DNA of 20,946 nucleotides from NCBI GenBank assembly GCA_043823375.1, contig JBDRAX010000031.1, forward strand, positions 1-20,946. The letters are read 5' to 3'. The notes under the pieces are model-generated. The model was not told where the DNA came from. It worked only from the letters and a program-made list of their open reading frames with translations, and ran no database searches. The position numbers were made by a program, and so were the translations under genes. The stretch comes from Candidatus Omnitrophota bacterium (lineage in GTDB: Bacteria; Omnitrophota; Gorgyraeia; Tantalellales; Tantalellaceae). Shown here one piece after another: positions 15,551-20,946 of the stretch (position 1 is its first letter; each line of letters starts with the position of its first letter).

Positions 15551-16181
15551 ACTTTTCGAGATCGAGGTTCTTGAAAAATTGAACAGCGGTAAATTCCTCG
15601 AACCGCTTGTATTCGGCGGAGGAACCATGCTGAGGCTTTGCCATGAACTTAACAGATACTCCGTTGACCTTGATTTCTGGTTTATCCGGCGGATAGCCTT
15701 TGATGACTATTTCACTAAACTTAAGGATTTTCTCGAAAAGGAATATGAAATCACGGACGCGTGTATTAAACACTACACGCTTTTATTTGAACTGCGCTCC
15801 GGGAAATATCCCAAAAGGATGAAAATAGAAATAAGAAAACAGGAAAAGAAATTCGACTTTCAGGAAAGAATAGCGTTTTCCAGATATGACGTTAAACAGG
15901 TCATTTTAAAAGTACACACCCTTGAACAGACAATGAAAAATAAAATAGAAGCGGCCCTCCAAAGAAAGGAAATAAGGGACTGCTTTGACATAGAGTTCCT
16001 GTTAAAGCGAGGAATCGCTTTTAATGCCGAAGAAGGGGTCATTGAAAGATATAACGACTTACTGACGAGTTTCAGCGACAAAGATTTTAAAGTAACTCTC
16101 GGGTCGATACTTGACAGCGCGGAAAGAAAGTATTATATTCAAAACAAATTCAGCTATACTCTCCGGAAACTGGGCCTGTAA
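15528..16181 (+). CDS. abiEii: AbiEii/AbiGii-family nucleotidyltransferase toxin (DUF1814)
   Basis: 217-aa ORF with the nucleotidyltransferase motif LVFGGGTMLRLCHELNRYSVDLDFWF (GG[GT]xL...R.S.DLDF). The AT-rich composition, about 35% GC, is distinct from the flanks. Confidence 0.85.
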   Translation: MDILKKHELFEIEVLEKLNSGKFLEPLVFGGGTMLRLCHELNRYSVDLDFWFIRRIAFDDYFTKLKDFLEKEYEITDACIKHYTLLFELRSGKYPKRMKIEIRKQEKKFDFQERIAFSRYDVKQVILKVHTLEQTMKNKIEAALQRKEIRDCFDIEFLLKRGIAFNAEEGVIERYNDLLTSFSDKDFKVTLGSILDSAERKYYIQNKFSYTLRKLGL

Positions 16182-16299
16182 GAATTTTCTTTTTATTACG
16201 CTGTCCCGCACCGATCACATGAGCATGATCCGGTATTCCATGATAAATAATATCTCATTCTTATATTGGAAATTTTCGGTGAAAAAAAACAGAAAAAAA

Positions 16300-16632
16300 T
16301 CACTCTCTTCCGGACTGGCATTTCACGCAGTACCTGGCCGATGGCATGGCGCGGAGCCTTTCTGTGTTTATTTCTTTACCGCACGCGAGGCATTTCCCGT
16401 AAGTGCCCTCCTCTATCCTGGCAAGAGCATCTTCAATAAGGTTTATTTCTTTTTCTTCGAGAAAGCTCTCCTCCTCGATCACGTCCGCTTCCTCGCGTAA
16501 AGACAGCGCCTCAGCGGAATTACCGCTCAGGCCTTCTCTCAGTTCATTGTCCAGAATTTTCATTTCTTTACGGAGCTCCCTGTGCCGGGCTCTCATTTTA
16601 TCTTCCAGTTCTTTTATTATCTCCGGATCCAT
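16300..16632 (-). CDS. DksA/TraR-family C4-type zinc-finger protein
   Basis: 110-aa ORF. It has an acidic coiled-coil N-terminal part and a C-terminal CLACGKEINTERLRAMPSARYCVKCQ (CxxC-x17-CxxC) motif. A good Shine-Dalgarno AAGGAG lies 7 nt upstream of the ATG. Confidence 0.8.
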   Translation of the reverse strand: MDPEIIKELEDKMRARHRELRKEMKILDNELREGLSGNSAEALSLREEADVIEEESFLEEKEINLIEDALARIEEGTYGKCLACGKEINTERLRAMPSARYCVKCQSGRE

Positions 16633-16688
16633 TACTTCTCCTTCCCTGTTATTTTCCGATCCCGGCGCATGACGAAAATTTTACGGCT

Positions 16689-17006
16689 TTACTGCCGCTT
16701 GAACATCATGGCGGCGTCTTCGGAATTCATATCACTCAAGATTGTAATATTTTTAACCCTTCCCGCGGTAAAATGAAGTATCATATGATCTGTTTCGTCT
16801 ATTTTATAGAGCGCTTTTTTACGCGGCACAAAAAGAAACCCGCGCTTCATATCCTCAACCGAAGCCGGAGAGCCGTAACGTTCGTTCACCTCTTTTTCCG
16901 TCATCCCCGCCCGGATCTCCATTTTTTCATAGTCATCTCCATAAGAAACCGCGCCGCAAAAAAAGAGCATTAAAGCCGTAATAAAAACCACTGCCTTTTT
17001 TTTCAT
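16689..17006 (-). CDS. Small secreted protein of unknown function (about 105 aa) with N-terminal signal peptide
   Basis: The ORF track gives 16689..17111, but that start would overlap the upstream MscS gene. The internal start MKKKAVVFITALMLFFCGAVSYG at 17006 gives a signal-peptide-bearing product and a 16-bp gap to the MscS stop. The start choice is an inference. Confidence 0.5.
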   Translation of the reverse strand: MKKKAVVFITALMLFFCGAVSYGDDYEKMEIRAGMTEKEVNERYGSPASVEDMKRGFLFVPRKKALYKIDETDHMILHFTAGRVKNITILSDMNSEDAAMMFKRQ

Positions 17007-17022
17007 CCCGTCCACCCGCCTT

Positions 17023-18429
17023 CTATTTTTGAGGTATATTATTATCTTTTTTCTGCTCGCCCCAGTACAAGGTCCTGTGCGGGAAAGGTATCTCGATACC
17101 CAGCTCGTCAAAACGGTTTTTGATCCGCCTCCTGAACTCCCTCATTACTTCCCACTGTTTTATGGGAAGCGTCTTTACGCGGAATTTGATAACAACAGCG
17201 GAATCATCGAACGCGTCTACCCCCAGCATTTCAAGGTCCTCAAGTATCAGCCTGCCGAAATACGGATGTTTCCTCAGCTCCACGCTTATTTCCCTTATAA
17301 CACCCATTACCTGATCGACATTTTCCTTATACGCGACACCTATATCCAGAAGAGCGTGCGCGTAATCTTTAGTATAATTCACAACGGTCTTAATTTCCCC
17401 GTTAGGGATAATAATGACCCTGCCCTCAAGGTCCCTTAATCTGGTTATCCTTAAATTTATGTCTTCCACAAGCCCGCCGTACTCTCCTATTTTGACCACA
17501 TCGTTAATAAAGAACTGCCCCTCTATCAGGATAAACAGCCCGTTTATCAGATCCCGGATAAGATACTGGCCCCCAAAGCCGAACGCCAGGCCGACTATAC
17601 CGGCACCGGCAAGAAGAGGCGCCACGTCCAGGCCATGGTTCTGAAGAACCAGATAAACGACAGACACAATTATCAATACCACTCCGAGCCAGTCAAAAAG
17701 CTTTATCACGGTTTTTATGCGAAGCGTGGCTTCACTTTCCCTGAGCACTTCTTTTTTTGTCATCGCGTTTATCAGTTTTTTTACCAGGATCCTTAATATG
17801 AAAAAAACCATTAATCCCGCGAAAACAATACCGCCTGTTTTAGTGATCTTATAAAGAAGCCCTTTTTTTTCCTCTTTGAGCTTAATTGTCTCCATTGCCA
17901 TTGACAGCTTTGCCTGCGCGATCTTAAGCCTTTCTTCCGCCAGATCGGATCTCTCGCGGGCCACTTCCATTTTTTTCTCCATAAGCTCCGCGTTTTCCCT
18001 GGCGATCTTATCTTCCATCTCCTCCTGTTTTGTTTTCTGGACCGCTTTTTTTATTTCCGCCTTGTCTTTAACGGTCTTCTGGACTATTTCCGCTTCCTTT
18101 TTGACGGCTTCAGTTTCCTTTACTTCCGTCTCGAACTTTTTCCTCTCAACCTCAGCCTGTCTGGTCTGTATATCAGCTTCCAGTTTAGCTTTCTCCGCCT
18201 CTTCCTGCGCGAGGTCCGCCTCCTGTTTAGCGGCTTTGACCTCGTTTTTCACAGAATCGGCTTCACGACGCGCGGCACTGTCAGCCGTTTCGGCCGGGCG
18301 TTCGGCTTCAACAGCCTCCTCGTCCGCCGCGCGCGCGAAAGTTCCCCCCGCGCATATCCCCGCCATAAAATAAAATAATAGTCCGGCCGCCAGTACGCGG
18401 CTTAAATATTTAATCTTCATAAAGATCAT
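17023..18429 (-). CDS. MscS-family mechanosensitive channel with signal peptide and long periplasmic coiled-coil N-terminal extension (MscK-like architecture, small)
   Basis: C-terminal MscS core ...GLAFGFGGQYLIRDLINGLFILIEGQFFINDVVKIGEYGGLVEDINLRITRLRDLEGRVIIIPNGEIK... The N-terminal region (about 200 aa) is a low-complexity E/K/A-rich coiled coil. The track start is a GTG at 18438, but the ATG at 18429 sits 9 nt after the GAGGAGA Shine-Dalgarno and is preferred. Confidence 0.9.
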   Translation of the reverse strand: MIFMKIKYLSRVLAAGLLFYFMAGICAGGTFARAADEEAVEAERPAETADSAARREADSVKNEVKAAKQEADLAQEEAEKAKLEADIQTRQAEVERKKFETEVKETEAVKKEAEIVQKTVKDKAEIKKAVQKTKQEEMEDKIARENAELMEKKMEVARERSDLAEERLKIAQAKLSMAMETIKLKEEKKGLLYKITKTGGIVFAGLMVFFILRILVKKLINAMTKKEVLRESEATLRIKTVIKLFDWLGVVLIIVSVVYLVLQNHGLDVAPLLAGAGIVGLAFGFGGQYLIRDLINGLFILIEGQFFINDVVKIGEYGGLVEDINLRITRLRDLEGRVIIIPNGEIKTVVNYTKDYAHALLDIGVAYKENVDQVMGVIREISVELRKHPYFGRLILEDLEMLGVDAFDDSAVVIKFRVKTLPIKQWEVMREFRRRIKNRFDELGIEIPFPHRTLYWGEQKKDNNIPQK

Positions 18430-18563
18430 ATTTTTCACTCTCCTCGTTAAGGCTTATATTCGCGTGTTGTTGTTATTTATTATAATACCGCTTTTATCCC
18501 TCGAATACAAGAACTCGAAGACCGTTCGTCCCGGCTTGAGGGGGATCTTACACGAGAAAGAAC

Positions 18564-18631
18564 GGATAAAAGGGGACAGTCCACGCGGCGGGGCGCATAC
18601 TAAGCGCGCGGGGGACAGTCCCCTTTTATCC
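18564..18631. repeat. Long imperfect inverted repeat: GGATAAAAGGGGACAGTCC (18564-18582) pairs with GGACAGTCCCCTTTTATCC (18613-18631), giving a 19-bp stem with 1 mismatch and a GC-rich 30-nt loop. An outer CCGTTC/GAACGG pair (18522-18527 / 18560-18565) sits just upstream of it
   Basis: Read directly from the sequence. No U-tail follows on either strand, so it is not a canonical terminator. It lies in a 650-bp gene-poor interval upstream of the MscS start on one strand and of the MNT remnant on the other. Confidence 0.5.
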
Positions 18632-18699
18632 TCCGCGTCAGCGCGGAATTGTTATTCCCGCTTGCAAAATTCGTAATATAACGATAAACTAAAAAGGCT

Positions 18700-18864
18700 A
18701 TGGAAAACAAAATAATTTCGATTGACGGGATAAAAAAAGAAATGTCGCTTGATAAAGACGTTTCCTGCGTATATTTATTCGGTTCATTCGCCTCGGAAAA
18801 AGTTCATTCTTCGAGTGATGTGGATATAGCGATCCTTCTGGGAAATAAGTTCCCGGAGTATTAA
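18700..18864 (+). pseudogene. Truncated MNT-type (Pol-beta superfamily) nucleotidyltransferase / MntA-like antitoxin fragment (54 codons)
   Basis: ATG at 18700. The translation MENKIISIDGIKKEMSLDKDVSCVYLFGSFASEKVHSSSDVDIAILLGNKFPEY* contains the minimal-nucleotidyltransferase signature hGS...x(8-10)..SDhDhhh. It stops after about half the usual domain length of 95-130 aa. No HEPN/HepT partner follows. Confidence 0.45.
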
Positions 18865-18884
18865 GGGCGAATGATTATTCGCCC
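18865..18884 (+). other. Perfect hairpin GGGCGAAT-GATT-ATTCGCCC immediately after the stop codon of the truncated nucleotidyltransferase ORF
   Basis: 8-bp stem and 4-nt loop, read directly. The nearest T-run begins about 25 nt downstream, so terminator function is uncertain. It may instead mark the truncation or insertion junction. Confidence 0.3.
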
Positions 18885-19090
18885 CTACAAAGAACATCTC
18901 ATGCCTTATTTTTTACGAGATCAACATTTCTTTTTTCAAGCTATCTGCTTTATGTCAAAACCCTTATGAATATTATCTCAATATTAACCTAACACCTATG
19001 ACACGCAGATGCGCCCCTGCAGAGGCGTAATGTTTGAAGATCTTTCGCCTGCCGCGGCGCGGGTTTACCGGGCGTATGTATCGCCGTAAT

Positions 19091-20946
19091 TTACTCTTGT
19101 ATCCCGTTTTTGGGAATGTATGTTTCTTCCTCAGGTGACGAGCCTGTAAATTCTTCGCGGTTTCCGGTTATCGCGGCCTGTTTTGAAAGCACCTCATCCA
19201 TGAGGAATGTAGATACTTCACTCCCCGCTAAAGGCGCCGTTACCACGGAAGAAAATTCTCCGCCCGGGCCGTATTCGTATATCCTGAGAACCGTGGAGCG
19301 GTTTTCATCGGCGTAAGCGGTTATTACGCTGAGATCCCGGCTGTCTCCGTAATACTCATATTCAAAAGCCATTTCGTTTTTCGAGTTCGCGTTCTTAAAA
19401 GAGGCTGACCGTATTCTTCCGGACGTGTCATACTCATATACCGCCACTCTGTCATTGTAAGAAAGATCTCCCGGCGCTTCGCCTGAAACGGAATAAGAAC
19501 GTACGAACCGTACGGACGTTGAATCCGTGTAATATTCATAGACAAAGGATCTTTCCCCTTTTTCGTTCGCCTCCTTAAGCCTTGCTGCGTCAGAGCGCGG
19601 AACGCCCTTAGAGTTCCACGGCTCGTCTATATCTTCGTCGATATAGTGATAGTATTCGTTACCCGCCGAGTCAGCCGAAGGGAGAGAACGGGAACGCATC
19701 CTCCTCATGTTTTCAGGGTCTGCGGGGTTATAATACTCCACGGTACTCCCGTTCCATCCGCCGTTATATCTTATAAACCCCGAAAATACCGGGTTATCCG
19801 GATCACTTGTGTCTACCGAACTCCATTCCCACTGCCCGAACCGCTGGTACTCCTCCGACATAACGCTGTAAACATAAGCTTTTCCGTCCCTTTCTTCCAT
19901 GATCTCTCTTCCGTATCCGCGCTTTTCCCAGTTTTCATTGAGGTAATATTTACACTCCCCTGTCAGTATATCCGCTTTTTTGAGCCATGAATCGCCGTAA
20001 TACACGGATGAAAAAACGCGGCTCTCCGGGACGGGTGTTCCGTTATCGCCAATATCCTCCGAATACACAAGCCCGGACAAGACGGGTACACGCGTGGGCG
20101 CGGTAAATTCCGCGCTGTGGTAAGCTTTCTTCACCGCGCCCGTATCCGTGTATTCATAGATGTACGCCATAGCTCCCCACTCATCAGCCTCGTACAGTAT
20201 TTCGGACAAGACCCTTCCTTTCTCTTCAAGCGTGCCGGGAAAATAAAAAGCCTCGTCAAGAAAAGACCTGTATATGATCCCGGATCCGTCAGGCTCCGCG
20301 GTTTTTTCAGACTCGGGCCTGCCTGACCCTTCATACCATGTATACACCGAAGCCCGGAACCAGTTTTTCACAAGATCATATTCCCCCGCGTTCAGCATAT
20401 TCCCTTTATCATCCCAGTACAACATACCGTCGTACCCGTAATCCGCCATAATATCGGTCTTTGAATCGACAAACGTGGGGTCTATTTCCCCGCCTATTAT
20501 CAGTTTACCGGCTGAATATACAGGAGCGTAAAAATATCCGAGGCCGTCATTCGCGAGGCAGTAAGACGAGAGAACGGATCTCGCGAAATCCATGTCTTCG
20601 AGATCATGGTCATGATAAAACCTCGAGCTGTCATATAAATGAAACTGGTAAAAATCAAGATAAGAGATATCAGCCTCACTCAAGGCGTTATCAGGGATGA
20701 TCCAGTTCTCCGCCATGTCAGCCTTTGTCAGGCTTCCGACCGTTGTTTTCGCGTTTATGTCCACGCTGTGTATCTTCTCTGAAAATTCACGGACAAAATC
20801 CCTTACAAGGCTCATTGTAAGGCCCGTATACTGTCCTTTGTATTCTTCACCGCAAAGTTCCGGCTCGTTCATAATGTCCCACGCGTAAAGACTTTCGTAA
20901 TTTTCAAGCGCTTTTACCTGTTCGAAAAACCACCCGAAGTGATCCA
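19091..20946 (-). CDS. Partial CDS, N-terminus beyond window end: large protein with a clan GH-A (GH5-like) glycoside-hydrolase 'NEP' acid/base motif followed by a long C-terminal region of YD/RHS-like repeats
   Basis: The track ORF 19091..20872 continues in frame with no stop to 20946. The upstream translation is ...HFGWFFEQVKALENYESLYAWDIM-NEPELCGEE. YAWDIMNEP resembles the GH5/GH-A catalytic acid/base region, and a candidate nucleophile context LIIGGEIDP lies about 120 aa later. The C-terminal 300 aa contain at least five repeats of the type [VI]YEY[TD]xxG(R), for example VAVYEYDTSGRIRS, FVYEYYTDSTS, AFEYEYYGDSRD and LRIYEYGPGGEF. Confidence 0.5.
   Translation of the reverse strand, partial: DHFGWFFEQVKALENYESLYAWDIMNEPELCGEEYKGQYTGLTMSLVRDFVREFSEKIHSVDINAKTTVGSLTKADMAENWIIPDNALSEADISYLDFYQFHLYDSSRFYHDHDLEDMDFARSVLSSYCLANDGLGYFYAPVYSAGKLIIGGEIDPTFVDSKTDIMADYGYDGMLYWDDKGNMLNAGEYDLVKNWFRASVYTWYEGSGRPESEKTAEPDGSGIIYRSFLDEAFYFPGTLEEKGRVLSEILYEADEWGAMAYIYEYTDTGAVKKAYHSAEFTAPTRVPVLSGLVYSEDIGDNGTPVPESRVFSSVYYGDSWLKKADILTGECKYYLNENWEKRGYGREIMEERDGKAYVYSVMSEEYQRFGQWEWSSVDTSDPDNPVFSGFIRYNGGWNGSTVEYYNPADPENMRRMRSRSLPSADSAGNEYYHYIDEDIDEPWNSKGVPRSDAARLKEANEKGERSFVYEYYTDSTSVRFVRSYSVSGEAPGDLSYNDRVAVYEYDTSGRIRSASFKNANSKNEMAFEYEYYGDSRDLSVITAYADENRSTVLRIYEYGPGGEFSSVVTAPLAGSEVSTFLMDEVLSKQAAITGNREEFTGSSPEEETYIPKNGIQE

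Noticed and set aside
16689-17111. Long 140-aa version of the small secreted-protein ORF
   Set aside because: That start would overlap the 3' end of the MscS gene by about 90 bp. The first 35 residues (MTSWVSRYLSRTGPCTGASRKK...) are non-hydrophobic and precede an obvious signal peptide beginning at the internal Met, so the shorter start at 17006 was adopted.
18430-18438. GTG start for the MscS gene as listed in the ORF track
   Set aside because: The GAGGAGA Shine-Dalgarno abuts the GTG with 0-nt spacing but lies 9 nt upstream of the ATG at 18429, so the ATG is the more plausible initiation codon.
1-20946. rRNA genes, CRISPR arrays, integrase or transposase genes
   Set aside because: No long non-coding conserved stretches were found. 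No periodic direct repeats were found. No ORF has a DDE, tyrosine- or serine-recombinase signature. The low-GC inserts therefore have no visible mobility gene in this window.

Overview
This is a 20.9-kb bacterial chromosomal window. GC is about 50-55% overall, with several AT-rich accessory inserts. All protein-coding genes lie on the minus strand except an AbiEi/AbiEii pair and a truncated nucleotidyltransferase fragment on the plus strand. From left to right the window contains:

- A partial signal-peptide-bearing ORF that runs off the window start.
- A SIMPL/DUF541-like periplasmic protein.
- The translational GTPase TypA/BipA.
- A BrnT/BrnA type II toxin-antitoxin pair.
- An SPFH (band-7) protein.
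- A 616-bp gene-free region holding a perfect 24-bp inverted-repeat pair, each arm itself a hairpin.
- A TMEM175/DUF1211-type channel.
- A translationally coupled six-gene operon for a membrane complex of the group-4 [NiFe]-hydrogenase / complex I family. Its subunits are HyfB-, HycD/NuoH-, HyfE-, HyfF/NuoN- and HycE-like, plus a fused ferredoxin-small-subunit gene. By manual motif inspection the catalytic-subunit homologue lacks canonical NiFe-ligating cysteine motifs, which would make it an 'Ehr'-type, hydrogenase-related complex of unknown chemistry.
- Directly upstream of that operon, an HTH + PTS-EIIA(type 2)-domain regulator.
- Divergent from the regulator, a low-GC AbiEi/AbiEii (type IV TA / abortive-infection) module with an inverted-repeat operator over its promoter.
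- A minus-strand operon of an MscS-family channel, a small secreted protein and a DksA/TraR C4 zinc-finger protein.
- A 650-bp gene-poor region with a long stem-loop and a truncated MNT-type nucleotidyltransferase remnant.
- A large, partial protein running off the window end that combines a clan GH-A 'NEP' glycosidase motif with YD/RHS-like repeats.

No rRNA, tRNA or CRISPR array was seen. The most unusual content is the cysteine-less Ehr-like complex with its PTS-EIIA-linked regulator, and the unexplained structured intergenic repeats. Every family assignment comes from reading motifs by eye and needs HMM or BLAST confirmation.
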